Source: Nemertoderma westbladi (lineage: Eukaryota > Animalia > Xenacoelomorpha). Taken from it: a stretch of 32,839 bases of DNA. The position numbers and the translations under genes are program-made. This document shows, one piece after another, positions 1 to 14,800 of this stretch. The stretch covers positions 1-32,839 of the forward strand of contig JAUCBJ010008801.1 in assembly GCA_032718475.1 (NCBI GenBank), in the 5' to 3' direction. Below the pieces are notes generated by a model that saw nothing but the letters and a program-made list of their open reading frames with translations, was not told the origin of the DNA and made no database searches. The stretch's first letter is position 1; every line of letters starts with the position of its first letter.

Positions 1-2714
1 GCTTGCTGTTGCATTGAATTGCTCTACCGCAGTTGACCCACGGAAGTTTTGCACTTTGTATTTCAGTATTTCGTGCCGCTGATTCTAGAGCCTAAGATTT
101 CATCCGGTAACCGTTGCAAGTACCATAAACCACGCGCTGTAATCGTACCGATACCACAAAGTCTCTTTAGTTTCACCTGCATGTTTGCTTTTAGCGAAGT
201 CCTGCTTACGAGGCCAAGGGCCGGAAGTCGCGATGATAGAGTTCCGGTACGAGCCTCTCTCGACCTTCGCCGTCCAGAAATATGTGAAAACATTATCGCA
301 AACGTACTGGCACCCAGTCAGCCAGTGCCAATTTGTGTCGTCAACGTTTAAGACTCAGCAGTCATCTCTTGCAGAAGGAGATGAATCGTTAGGATAAGCT
401 GCAAGTGATCCTCACCTCATAGGGATCCTCGGATATAAGGATTACAACTTCCAAACTCGAAGTTTAGAACAGCAGTATAATGCAAGCAGATTGTATAAAA
501 TAAGCAGTAGGTAGGTAGGTGGAACTTAGAACAGAGGGAAGTTGGACTCCTGAGTTTACTAAAATCCTAAGGTTATTAGCCGCTTGCGTGACTGCCGGTT
601 TTGTCTGAGTTCGCTCGACCTAGTAGTAGTACGGTCACTGTGGAATTGTTACTGAAAGAACAGTTGATATGAGTAAACAGAAATTCTAGGCATAGGGGCC
701 TAGTTCAATCACAGTACTGCAGTACCGGTATTAGACTCACTAAAAATTAAAAAATATTCAATGAAATACTGAAATAGGCCTAATTATACAACAACCATCA
801 GACCGTACTGCCGTACAGTCGTACCGAACCTGATAACCTGCAGACACGCCTAGAATACAAGTACAAGGTATAGTATGTAGAATGTAGGTACGGCAGTAAG
901 GCCTGTGGAAGTATTGGCGGCGGTCTGGCAGTAGCCTACTGCAGCAGACGTTCCAGTTGTACCGCAGACAGGTAATACAGTAATAGGAAATCAAACACTA
1001 ACTGCTGAACTGCTAGGCCTAGCAGAAGAACAGTGCCAGTACACATAAGGCTGCAAAGTCAATGCTAGCAGCAGCATTCAAAGAATGATACCACACAGCC
1101 CTGCAGCCAGCTGTGAGTTCATTATCCTTGCCTCACACTAAGAGTGTTGCTGCTGCTAGGATACAAATTATCTGTTATTGGCTAGAGCTGTACCATTGGT
1201 TGGCTTTCATGTTATGATATTCAAATGGTTTGATGGAGGGAATTTCAAAATAGTCAAATAATACAACAATAATGAAATTTTTAATATGATGTGCAATTAT
1301 AAAAATCGCTGTAACTCTGGTGCAACACGACCGTATTCGATGAAATTTTCATTGTTACGTACGGTAATTAATGCGTTTACAATTGCTATACTCAATATAT
1401 TTATAATCGGTATGATTTTTAAACTATAAGAGTTTAAGAGCCGGGAATTGCCAAATTGTGGCCACATAAGCCAGATTTGACCACAAAATTGACCAGGTTC
1501 GTGCAACTCTTGAAAATTTTGGAATATGTCAATTTTGTTCTACTATCATGTTCTATAAATGACCAAAGTTAAAAAAAATATAATTCCTAGGAAGTTGTTT
1601 TATTTTTGATAAATATGTAATTTTATGGTGAAAATTGGTTAATTTTGTTAAAAATGAGTGAAAATTTGACGGTTTGGAGTAAAATTGGGTGGGTTGGGCC
1701 AACTCATATAAATTGTTGCCAGTGTCATTTTTCTTATCCTAAAACGTTCTTTAATTGAGCACAGTTTTAGAAAATATAATTCCTAGGAAGTTCTTAAACT
1801 AAAGCTCAGACTTTCAAAAAGACGGTCATTTAACGGACTTTTTTTATTTGTCTGTCATACCTACACACTATGTCGAAATCGAAAATGGCGTGCATATTCG
1901 GATTCAGCACACCAAAATGTACCTATATAGTATATTTTGAGGTAATCTGAGGCTAAAATAAAAAAAAATGAAAAAATGAAAAAAAATTTCGCCAAAATTT
2001 GCCAAACTTCCAAAAATACTTAACTTGCTCAGATTTTCATGAAATTTGGTACGGATGTGCCCAAAGCAATTCTAAGAAACTAATTTGAAGGATTTACGGA
2101 AAAATGCAATTTAAGCTGATATATCGCATTTTGAGTGCCTAAATAATGCCAGACGAAAAATAAAATAGACAGACATATATGTTTATATATGTAAGGTTGT
2201 ATCTTGTAAGTGTTTCGCTTTATGCAAATGTGTCTCGTGTCCGTGTCTGTCTATTTTATCCGATACAATTTACTAATTTTTTTGCCTTATATTCTGGACT
2301 GGACCTACAACGCGTGTCAACAACTGAAATATAATAGTCTAATTTAAAATGATAGATAATCAGCTTTGCATGTATATTATTCAAGTGTGGTATGTAATGT
2401 TCATTGACTATTTCGCCGTGTGTGCCATAAATATATATTATTATTATTATTTGTGTATTATTTATTTAATACTCAGTTTGTTTTTTTACTTTTTTTTTTT
2501 TATTTTTTAAGTCGCAGTCATGTCAAATCGCCTCGTCGACAGTAAGATGAGGAATTACATACAGCGTGGTAGAGAAATATAAATAGTATCCACAAAACAA
2601 AAGGAACTATATCTCCTTCTGCTTCTCTTCTCCCTTTACGCAATTTTCGCCAACGGTAATGCCCTCATCAGTGATATAAGATAATTTAAACTGAAAGTAA
2701 ATGGCGTCACTTAC

Positions 2715-2847
2715 GTTTGACTGTGAGGTTGGCCGATGTATTGGATTCTCCAGCCACACCAAAGGCTCGTAAATTATAGCGACCGGTATCTGATACTAAA
2801 GCGTCCGAGACTGCCAACTGGTAAACACCACGGCCGTTATCCGATAA
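2715..2847 (-). CDS. titin-like exon, C-terminal half of Ig7
   Basis: LSDNGRGVYQLAVSDALVSDTGRYNLRAFGVAGESNTSANLTVK; ttttag acceptor, GTAAGT donor. Confidence 0.85.
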
Positions 2848-5800
2848 CTAAAACAAAGACAGTTAAATGCAAAATATGTCAACAACCCAACTTTAATCAA
2901 CCATAGTTTGTATAACTTAGTTATATGTATATGGCAGATAGGGGGGACTTTCGATGCAATAAAAATTAACCCTCTCCAGGGGTAATTCGACGCAAATAAC
3001 AGCTGATTACTCTCAAAAATAAAACTGTAACCTGTTCTATTGTGTTTAGTTTATTGTTTTGGTTCAAATAATGTGCCACTGTAACCTGCTCCTTTCCCTA
3101 AATTGAGAATTTAACATTGAGGCGGGATATTAATTCGCCAAAATGGGATTTGCGTCCAGTTGCCCCCCTTTCTCGTATATGGGTAAAAATAAATAAACAC
3201 TCATTCATTCATTCACAGTACCGGTATAAACCTTCATGCAGTATAAACATTAACACCCAGGTGTTTCATTTTAGGGAAACACCTTAGCCGAAATATTCAT
3301 CAAATTACGTAATCTGATTAGAATCGGGTTATTCACCCAGATGAAGGATTTTAACATTTAGCGAGGTGTATATAATATTCCTCGAACTTATCTATTTCCC
3401 GTACAATTATTGTTACTTAAGCGACCTTTGAAATTGAGAACCCTTTACCACCTTTTCCAAGGCAACCGTTACCACGGGAATCTTTACCAACCGACCATAC
3501 AACTTACTTTTATCCCGGGCGTCATCCTGGTAACATGTCTGCCGTCCTTTTGCCACTCAACTTCCGGTTTAGGTGAGCCGGTTACGCTGACCTCGAAGCT
3601 AGCCGACTGCCCTTCGTCGATGAATATATCCCTGAGCTGAGCCGTAAACCGCGGCGCAACCTTAGGTTCTAGAATGTAAACAATTAGTAGAGTAACGTTC
3701 ACGCAGAATCCTTTAGAGATATAATTATTTAATTTCCTGTTTGTTTACTACTATATACTACTACTACTAGGTCTAGCGAGCTCGGACAGTGGAAATTAGA
3801 TCCTTCCTGGCTTCCCGATTCTCCATAGTTGTCGTAATTTCTTGCCACGTAGTAAGCAATGCCTTTGAAAAGTAGCGTATTTTGCTTCCATTATTTGAGT
3901 AACAAATAAATACAGAAATAAAATGTTAATGAAAAAAATTTGAGATAAAGTTAGAGAGGAAGCACAAACCCGTAATGGTTAGTTGAGCCGATGAGGATTC
4001 GGTACCGACAGTGTTGGTCGCCACGACCCGGTAGGTCCCCGCAGACTCCGGGGTAACCATGGTAACAGTGAGGGTCTCTCGGTCGCCCGTAGTATCGATT
4101 CTAGTTGCAGGGGAGTCGGCTAGAGGGACACCGTCGTGGAACCATTGCACGGTTGGGCGAGGCAGGGCAGAGACGAGACAGGTGAATCTCGCCGCGTCTG
4201 ATTGGTTGAGGGTTAGTGACTCGAGCGGGACAATGAACCGCGGTGATTGGACGAGAGCTACGGGGAGGCAGTAAAGGGTTAATGTGAGGGGAAGGGGGGC
4301 AATGGTGTTGGGTTGTTAGTAAATAAACTGAGGTGTTGAACACGGTCGAACCCAGTGAGTATTAACACACACACATTGGTCAAAACAAATTGAAATTTAA
4401 TAAATGTTAGTGAATATGAATACATTTTGAAATTTCAATGTTAATTATAGCAAAGGGAGTAACCATTATTATAGGTTTAATTAAAAGAAAAAGATGTTGA
4501 TGATTAAGACACAGTACTCCCGTGCTTACCTCTCACTGTTACACGGCAACCAGAAACTTTCTGTCCAGCGGGATTGGTTGCCTTTACGGAATAGGTGCCC
4601 TCATCGGAACGTTTAGCCTCTCTCAGAACCAAAGAGACGTTCTTACCGAATCTATAAAATTGTGTTTATAAAATAAATGTAACAATCGCGTAATAGAGAG
4701 AGACCCACCAAACTCATCCCTCGTGGAACCAAACACAACGAACATAGTGAACTTTTTGTAAGTTACCAACATCCAGTCCAACACACTGTGTGTTTATTTA
4801 TATATTTCTAACCTCACCCATATATTTATATAACTGACACACTCCAACTTCTCGAAAGTTCCCGCCCTCTAACACCAACGTGTAGCGTCTAACCCAACTA
4901 ACACCACCTTCCCGAGACCCCGACCCAAGGAGAGCATTATCATATTGTCTTATTACATTATAAATATTACAACCGGTTCCCATTGTGGGGCGAGTCATAA
5001 TTCAGAGCTATCAAGGAACGGCCTATTCTACTAAATAGTGAATTTAAATAATGGAGAATATAATTAATTTAATAATATTATTTAAATTCATTATATTAGT
5101 GCTTCTAAGTCTGGATGTCGCACACCAATAATATAATTTATAACTATGTCAGTTTTACCTAAGTTTGTGGTGAGGGAGGGGGGGGGGGGGGCTATATAAC
5201 TATTATAGCCACACTCTGCTGCACGATGGCCCCAAACACAGTTTGTTGTAGTCTCATCCTGTCGGATTCAAATCAACAACAAAATAAAAATATGAAAAAT
5301 ACTATAGAGTTATGAAGGGAAATATAAAAATAACCACTAAAGGGAGAATTCCACCAAAATCGAAGGAAATTAATTAGTGATATGAATTCAAATCTGATAA
5401 ATTAATTGACAATATTAAACCATCAATGTAACACCTAATAATCGATTTAGTACACTGAATATATTTAGCGCGGGGTACAACAGTTGTAGCTGGACTCCCG
5501 ATGCAAACCACATCGCTTTCACTTGGGAGTAAATTATTTAACGAGTCTAAGTAGGACGTTAGCAACGACTTTAATCGCACAGAGAACCGCTCGCATAAGT
5601 CGCTAACAGTCTCATTGAGTCCGACTATATCAGGCACCAAGTTGAATCCAACATCAGCGGTCGTGTTATTGCACAGTAACTGGATAAGTAACGCCGCCTG
5701 GGATGGGTTATTAACATTAACTTTAATTAGCGAAGAATGCACGGTGGAGTTGAGTGACGTAATCCGACATCCGGCGAGCGGATGCGAGTGGCCGGTGGGA

Positions 5801-8800
5801 ACACTGAATCCACGGTCGGATAGTTCGCAAGGTTCAAGGGATTCCTTTAGGGTTGTAACAACAGAATGACTCGGTAAGGTCGCTGAAGATATTGATAGAA
5901 CGAATTCTGGTTGGGTAAAATCTAAAAGCGAAGACTTAAGGAATCTTTCCTGGATATTTTGCACGGAAAGTTTAGAATCGAGAAATTCTGGAAGATCCAA
6001 ACTTATTGTACCAACAGTTAAAGAGGATTGTTGAGAAGATTTCTCCACCACGGTAGATTTGTTTTCCCATCGACAAATTAATGCGACTTTCAATGGAAAC
6101 AAACATGTCCTAAAATCTAAATGAAGAGCTAAAAATACGTCGTATGACTTATTAACTGTCACTAATGCATCAAATGGTAGCAATCCGGTGATCACTGATT
6201 CAGAATATTGGCAAGAATTATTATTATCGTTTAGTAAAACCGCAGAAAGTGAACAGTTGACAATATCGTGGAGATGAACCCTTAACTTACAGTGCGCGAC
6301 CCAACGTGGGGGGCTAGAGGCGGTGTAGTTAGCTAACCAGTCTACCGATAGGGGGCGGGTGGGGGTGGGAGGGCAATGAGTGGAGGACTGGGGGACGTTG
6401 GCCGTCAATGAGACCACCTGAGTGTCGGTGTATCTATGCCGTGGGGACCACGACTGTAGACTCATATATTTGCACAGATGGATCAACGTTTGCTCTTTGC
6501 CGTTTCGCAACAGTTTTAGTTCGTCGAGTTTCTTACGAAACTCGTCGATTTTACCTCGAAGTAAATCTCCGTCAGGTTTATTCGGCGCGGATTCGAGACG
6601 CTCACACGAACCTTCGTGAATCAACTCCATATCAACTACTACAAACTTATTAGGAGGGAAGGAGTTACCCTTAACTAAAAGGAGTTGATCCCAAAACGGG
6701 TTACAGAAGTCCCCCAAGTAATACGACGCCACATCGGTAAACACTCGGACAACAGAGAAATCCTTTCTAAGCAAAACCGTTATTGAGTAACAGCAGTTTG
6801 TGACGTCATCCGTGGTTGCAAAGGTAGATACGGTCCCGTTGATAGCAGGGTCAGTAACGTCACGAGATTCCGAGACTATCAGATAGGAATCTCCGCTTCC
6901 TGAGTTTAGAACGTCTATCCTGTAGGGAATGATATCGAGTTGAGCGAATCGGATAACCCGTCGCTCCCGGCACTCGACTACCTGCCGCGAACTCGTGCCG
7001 ATAAACACGCACTCCTCGTCGGTTAGCGGGTCCGCGCACCGCTTATACGAGACTACCGTACCGGCGTAGACCTGGGGAACGTCCGGGTCCAGCACCAACC
7101 GGAATCCGTCCGGACCTTCGGAGACCGTAAAGGCGAGACGCGACACGGAAGTCGAGAAGTCGGGATGTGCGCGAACCCCGGTTAGAATATATTCGGTGAA
7201 GTCGGGAGATAATCGAATATCTAGTAACGTCTTGAAGGCGTCGCCGTGTTCGTACCTCGTGTGGCGTCGACCTGTAGAGATGCCGGACGCCGTTATGAAG
7301 TAGAACGTATTGGAAGTCTTCCAGAACAGAAGAGGTCCGTCTGCTAGAAGGCAGTTATTTACTGGGAGTAACGGGAACGTCATTCCGAACTTGAGAACCT
7401 GTTTATCCCCTCCGGTGGCGCTGTCTATCAGTAGTAGATGCTGGATTATATCGGCTTGCGGTTTCCTAACGTTTGGTTTCGTGGATTTTCTTTCGGAATC
7501 CGTCTGGGAATGTTGTTGTAGATGGAGGTAGATGTTCCGCAGCCCCGTGGACTTGTCCAGGAGTTCCCGGCAGTTGATCACGTCGACGCGGCCGTAGAGT
7601 TTAATCGTGCGTATCGTTTTCGGTTGGGAGAATGTCGGCTCGGTTCCAGGGATGTATCGCGTCTCGGCGAATGTGAACCGAGAACTCACCGAGTCGCTGT
7701 CCGTGCTGGTAGGGGACACGTTGCTGGATAGCCGCACCAGTTGGTTGGAGTTGGAAAGGGAGAAAATTCGAGGGGGAGGACGAATAGCGGGTTCCATTAC
7801 AGTTTGGATAAATATACTACAGTACCGGTACTAAGTTGTCAGGATGGCAATGGCCAAATAATAAATAAATATAAGACAGTAAGAAGCTTGTACCGGTGCA
7901 GCGGTAAATATGAACAGATGTAGGCCACCTAAACCTGCAATGCTGCAAACCTACCGCCTACCAGTTGACCGCGACCGGCTTGGCTGTGTGCAATACATAC
8001 TGCATTAAGGCTGTGTAAGGCGATGAAGTGACAGTCAAATATTCAAATACCAACACAGTACAGATGTAGCAGCGAGCAGGTATAGACTGTCACTGCCAAT
8101 ACTGTCATGTGTGACTCTGGTCTCATTGGCTATCAGGTTTCATGTGAGTAGAATATGAGAGATTTGGGTGATGGGGGGGGGGGGGGGGGGGGGGACTTTC
8201 GACGTGCAATCAAAATTCAGAGGAAATTTATCGTCACAAATAACAGCTGATTACTCCGAAAAATAAAACTGTAACCTGTTCTATTGACTTTAGTTTATCG
8301 TTTTGTTATTTTACTAAACGTGCCTCTGTCACCTGCTCCATTCCCTCACTCTAATTTTCATTGGGTCCTTTGGTCTTTAGGTCCTAAGTCTCCAGTAAAA
8401 AAACTACCTTGGCTTAAAGGCCCTACTGACGCGGTCCTAAAGGTTTGGTGGCACTGAAGGAATAATTACAGTAGTTGTTTTTAATATCTCAGAATTAAAA
8501 AATAAACGAGTAAACGAAATAGCCCCTCAAATTCGTTTTTCGTTTATTTATTTTAATTTTCCCAGGATAAAAAAAAAAACGAAAAAACGAATTTGAAGTT
8601 CCAGTTCGTTTTATTAGCTTTTTTTTTAATTCTGAGAAATTAAAAAAATCGAATAGTCATCTTCCGTGCCACCATATAAAGGACTTCGCCTAAATAATTC
8701 ACTTGATATTTGTAATTCAATAATTATTTTGGATTAATTACTTAATTAAAGCAATCAATTATATATTTGACTTAAATTGTTTACACTATTTAAATTTTTT

Positions 8801-11800
8801 TAAATGGTTAGACCAGATCGGCTGGCATTTTATTAAAAAATAATTATTGCTCCGATTAAATTGTAGTGGCAACTAACTTTTCAAAGCGGAGATTTGGCGA
8901 TTCACGGATGATGATATCGTTAAAGAACCATTGTATGTCGGGGTCAGGTTTGCCTGTCACTCCGACGGTAAGAGAGATCCGATCGCCTTCGTCTATGACT
9001 AGGTCGCGCAACTGGTCCGTGAAGGAAGGCGCAACGTTCGCACTGAAATAATTGAAACAAAGGTATGATAAGTTTTATTATTTATTCAAGCACATTCAGT
9101 ATTAGCCGAACTCTGTTCAGAATTGAAGGTCTGGAGGAAACAATAATGTAAAAAGCGATTGAAGAACCAGAAGTTGCGTGGAATCAGAGTCTCGAGACTC
9201 GAGGGTCTGCCAAGCATTCAAATTTCGTCCTCCAATATATGATTACATTATTTCTCAAAAAAATCAATATTTATAGGGATTTGTTTCAATCCTCGTGGAG
9301 GACAGAACCTACAGTTCTATCGCGTTCCGAAAAGTGTTGGATGCGATGTCCAACAAAACTCATAATACTAATTGTAATAATAGGCCTACTCCTAAATATA
9401 ATGCTAAATAATAGAGTTTGCAGCTTATTGCCAACACTCATCTCATTTGGCTCCAACATTGTAAAAACTATGACTTATGAGTTCAGTTCAAACGTAGAAG
9501 GTGCAATACAATTCCACTCACCTAGCTACACTAAGTATTGCTTTTGTGCTCCTTTCCCCAGCTCTGTTTTTAGCTTGGCACGTGTAATTCCCCCCATCTT
9601 CCATGGAAACCTTGTGTATGTACAGACAGCATTGCCCGTTGTTGTAGCTCAACTCGTATTGCGGCGAGGTGTCCAGAATCTCTCGGTTATTCTTGAACCA
9701 AACGATATTTGGGCTCGGAATCCCCGTCGCGCTGCAGGTAAACTTGTGCGGTGCTCCTTCGATAACGTTCGCGTTGTCCACTCGGGTCGCGAACTCGGGG
9801 GGTTCGTCTAGGGACTTTACCGACAGACGACAACTAGTGTCGGCATGTCCGTGCGGATTGGAAGCCCGACAGACAAACAGACCGGAGTCGGTCACTCGGG
9901 CAGGGCGGAGTTCTAGAATACACAACCCTTGCAAAACCCTGTAAAAAAACAATGAAAACTAAACCTAATGATTGACAATTGGATTGAGACATATGCAAAA
10001 AGACTAATAAGAACACTAATATTAAGCATATTATATTATAACCTAAAATTATAACTAAAATGAATATCTTACCAAAATATTTCAGTATTATTTGCATCAA
10101 CAAGACATTATAAATTTGTTGCGAATCGCGTTCAGCAACCTTCTCTATTAACTCTCACCTGGTTACATAATCCGGACTGTTGGTAACATCTCTACCGTCT
10201 TTTGTCCAGACGACCGACGGGGCTGGGCTCCCATGGACTTCAGCCTCCAACATGAGGAATCCTCCGTCATCTACGTCAATGGATCTCAGCTCTCTAACGA
10301 ACACAGGAGGTTCCCGTTTCTCCATTTCTGTAATATAAATAAATAATTGTTACTATAGCGATGCCAAAATACATGAAAATTAGACAGAAAAGTAGGACAA
10401 AGTCATTATTTTATGATAAACGAAAACGTGAGCAGAAAACTCACCTTCTATTACAACATACAGTGTTTATTTAACTTTCCTTTCATAATAGTATGATAGT
10501 TACACGAGACATTATATGCCTTATATATTAGCACTGTTTCATAAGACTACATACCTTCTATTATCACATGACCAAATGTGGGCACCTCGGCGGCAATGTT
10601 CTTCGCTTTGCACCAATATAAACCCTTATCGTCCGGGCGTACTTGATTGATGGTGAGGCGATGGATTCCTCCAGGGATAGATTCTACTTTATAACCGAAA
10701 CCTGAAAAGGGAAGAGTAGATGGCGGCAATGTGGTGTTTCACGGAGGTTGAACAATGCACGGGTATTGGTATAAGGATACTTGTGTTTAATCAGTGCGAG
10801 TGCAATAGATTGTTTTACATTGCAAAATGGAATGCACAATTTTTAGTTATCAGGCTACCAACTACAGCGCTACGGTGCGGCCTACCTTTGAGCGGTTTGT
10901 CCTCTTTCATCCAGGATACAGTAGGTTCTGGGAATCCATTGACCTTAACTTCTAACGTTAGTCTGTCATTCTCGTTCACGTGGTAATCTCTCAATGGGAT
11001 GGTGAAAACAGGGGGCGTGGCCGGGGCGTCTGGAGAGACAATTAAAAGCTGAAATTAATATAATGTTCAAATGCTTCCCATGTATTTGTATTCCCTTGTA
11101 TTTGCCTTGAATTAAACACTGTGATGGGCTGAAGGGCAGAAACAAGAAATACAGTAGAAATTTGTGAAGGACGCAGGCACAAAATATACGTACAACAAAC
11201 ATGTGAAGGAAAGAAACTACAATACAAACCTGAAAAGGAGAGCTACAAGAACTACAATACAAACCACTGATGAAGGACAGACACAAGAGTTACAATACCA
11301 ACCTGTGAATGACAGACAGGCGGCTGTTGAAGCTTCGCCCGCTGGATTTTTCGCTCTGAACTCGTATTTTCCTAGATGGTCCGGTTTCACCCTATCGATT
11401 GCCAGATTATATCGCGACTTGGCTTTATCGACGGTAATTCGAACGTCAGCACTGGGCCGGATCTCGTAACCATCCTTGGACCAGACCACCTCCGGGTCTG
11501 GGTCAGCATGGACCTCACAATCGAAACCTTAGTAACAATTATAATGTAAGAGTCTGAATACCTCGGATACAAAATTATTGATAACAACTACTAAATAAAA
11601 ACCAAAAGTTAAAATTACAAATGCATGACCTACTATTTATTGTAGGTTATGAAACATGCAAAATAAAATACTTAGTATTTATTAGAAACTCACAGGCCCT
11701 TCCCCCATCCAATACATGACAATCAGTTAGCGGTGTCTCTATAGAAGGTGCGACCCCTAGTGGCGGTGGGGCGCTCTGTAAACTCCGTTTATTCTTCCTT

Positions 11801-14800
11801 TGTTCGCTTAACATCTTCGTAATGTGAATTATTGTTTGCTGATACGAAACGAAGATGTCAAATATCTCTTTGTTACGAGTCAGTATCGGCTGATAATGAA
11901 TGAGAGCTTGTTGTCCTGGAAACAATAATAAACATGAGTTTAACCGAATGAAAAGCAAATATTTTATAATTATTAGATCAACTTGTGATTGTAATATAGG
12001 GCCAGGTCAACCAATCATATGCTGTGACACATTTAAGTAAACCAATAGCGGGTGGATTACCTATAAATCAAACGAAACCCACAAACATAACAAAGACATC
12101 ACATAGATAATACTCACCCCACAAGTAGACAGATAACTCATTGATTCTACCAATTCTAGAATTATGTTCGGCTTCGCGGGGCTTCAGAAAGTTATCGATA
12201 TCGTTGAGTAGACCCACTGACTGCTCGTATGTGGCACACTCGTCGATCTGTTTACCGACGCGGTTAAGTAAATCGTCGGCTTCCCTCCACCATCGGTTAC
12301 ACTAGAAAAGTTAATTATAAACAGCAACTAAAAATCCCGTCAAAATTTACATACACTTTAAAATAACAATTTACATAACATTGTGTTATTTATCAACTGT
12401 ACATCAATGGCCAATTAATACAACACAAGTCATGTCTTGTTAGACGGAGTTCTAGAGCCGAAAAAGGCATTCGTAATTATTCGGTTACTCCTTGAGAATA
12501 GCTGGTAACCACACGAATATACGTCTCCTTAGGTTACTAACCTCATCGACCAATCGGAAGTATTCCACTGCAGCTTGTAACTTCTTCCTATGAACCTCAA
12601 TCTCCTCCCAGAGTCGGGAGTACAACTCCTCCAATAGGACCAACTCCGATCGGATCCGCTCAGCTTCCAACGGGGTTCGATTCATTCGCTGTCTCGATGC
12701 GTCGACGAACCGAGAATACGTCGTTTTCAGTTGCTGAGGAAATAGTAAAAACATACAAACATATACCAAAAACAAGTACAAAAAATGTTATTCCATAAGA
12801 ATGCGTTCATGTTCCGTGTGCTTCTGTGGCTATACTGCAAGCTGTGCACCTGATAATATGTATAATGAGTAATCATACTTGTACACCAGACACAAACACA
12901 TCGCCAAGACGATGTCAGTAACGTCTAACTGTACTACTAGGAAGCGAAATGTGAATGAAACCATGGCAACGCTGGGATCCTCAACCCGGACTTTTCAGAG
13001 AGCAAGGGAAGGTGGAAAAGGCAATACACGAAGACTCGTATTACAGGGAAAGCAAATTACTTCACTTTAAGCCATCATGGTGTGCGTGCCTAATACTCGT
13101 ACTCATGACACAGTAATGGTGTCCCTAAAACTCACATCCACTCCTTTGACACAGTAATGGTGTTACTAAAACTCACATCTAATCCTTTGACCCAGGCCTC
13201 GAACTTGTCGGTTTCTCTTCTACAGGACGGGATGTCGGTACCGTAATGGCCCTTGTACTGACTGTTGAGTTGGTTGAGTCTCTCCTGGAAGTCGTTTCGG
13301 ATACTCAGTAGTTCCCCATCGAACTCGGTAGATTGAACCGCTCCGCGGATCCGATCCTGTCGATCGGCCCACAGCTGCAGCCACGTCTTGTGCCGATGTT
13401 GGAGGCGAGACAGGATGTCTTCGACCTCTTCCTTGGCCGGTTCAACCGGTGGCTGAGAAATATAAGGATAATGAAAAAATTTAGTTGGCTGGTAGGTGCA
13501 GTACAATACAGCAAGTGAGAATAAATGGGTGGGTAGGTATAATAGTAGTGTAAATGGCAATAATGTGTAGAATAAGACTTATCAATTTACAAGTAAATTG
13601 ATTGTAATTTGATAAATAATGAGTTGATTGTAAGAATGTTCCATCACCCACCTGTGCCATAGCTCTATCAATAAAATAAGAGCCGCTATCGAAAGTCTTA
13701 TTTAACTGTTCCTCCAGGTTGATCTTATATGATCTATGGTCGTCTAAGAGTTGATTCATTCTAAACGTGTCTGTTAGGTTCAATTCCCTCGCAAAATCTC
13801 TTTCAGATGCATCGAATGTCTCCATAACCTAAATTATTATTGAGTATAACTGATTAAAAGGTGTAGAAGACTTTGAAACTTAGACCAAATAACTAGGGAA
13901 GACAACATTCTTAATAACATCAACTATATTTGATGAAGTGTTTCTGTACATAGATAAATCGATTTTCATGCTAATATTATCATAATTTTTCATCATTTAT
14001 ATACCAACAAAGATCGTTACTTTCGTGTTGTAAAATCCTATGAATAATATTTTTTCAAGACGTTTAAAATGCACAGTAATTGCCTACCTCGTTCAGATTA
14101 TCCAAAAAATTGATTAGAGTTGAGCTGAGATTGGAATATCTCTGGAATCGCGAGGTACACTGAACTTTCCGACTCACTAGTTCTTCCACAATCGCTTCTC
14201 TCTCACCGTTTGTATCGCTCTTCAGGGCCAACATCTCCGCCATATTCGCTTTGCGGGTCAACTCATTGTCAACTTTCTAAGCAAACGATAAATCGTAACA
14301 TTAGCATTAATTTGTTCTCTAAGTATATCAAATTTTATAATAATTTCACTAATTATTAGTTAAACGATTATGTGTATCTTGAAAGTGAAAGTAACTTACA
14401 GATTGGGCCACTTCAACCTCCCCTAGTCTGGCTTGCAGTGCGTGCGCCGTCTGTTTCGCGTAATGTTCATCGCCGGCATGTAATTCTTGTAAATAAACAT
14501 CAATCGTGTCTTCTACCCATTCGATTGTTCTAAAATAATATTTTAACAATAAATATTATTTCCGTTTTTGTTGGGCACAGCTTAACAAAGACGACCAAGA
14601 AGGTTCGAATATAACATAAAAATTGGCTTATAATGACTGTAATCGTATAATACTAATTTACAAATATTAATGTTAATAGTTAATAAATACCTGTTAGTCT
14701 CCACTTTGAATGTTGTCCATTGTGTGTGGAAATCTTTGGTTATCGTCAGACGTAGTTGCCATGAATCCCACAGATCGTGGAGACTATGTTTACGAGCTTT

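Noticed and set aside
63-293. 76-aa ORF with a helix-hairpin-helix-like LKRLCGIGTITA
   Set aside because: Short, with no other supporting motif or exon partner; may be chance or a uORF
1280-2150. Possible transposon-derived region with a duplicated AAATATAATTCCTAGGAAGTT
   Set aside because: No second copy, TIR or coding remnant in the window to define it
9239-9811. 190-aa plus-strand ORF and similar ORFs overlapping exons (for example 18286-18759)
   Set aside because: Antisense or off-frame shadows of real exons
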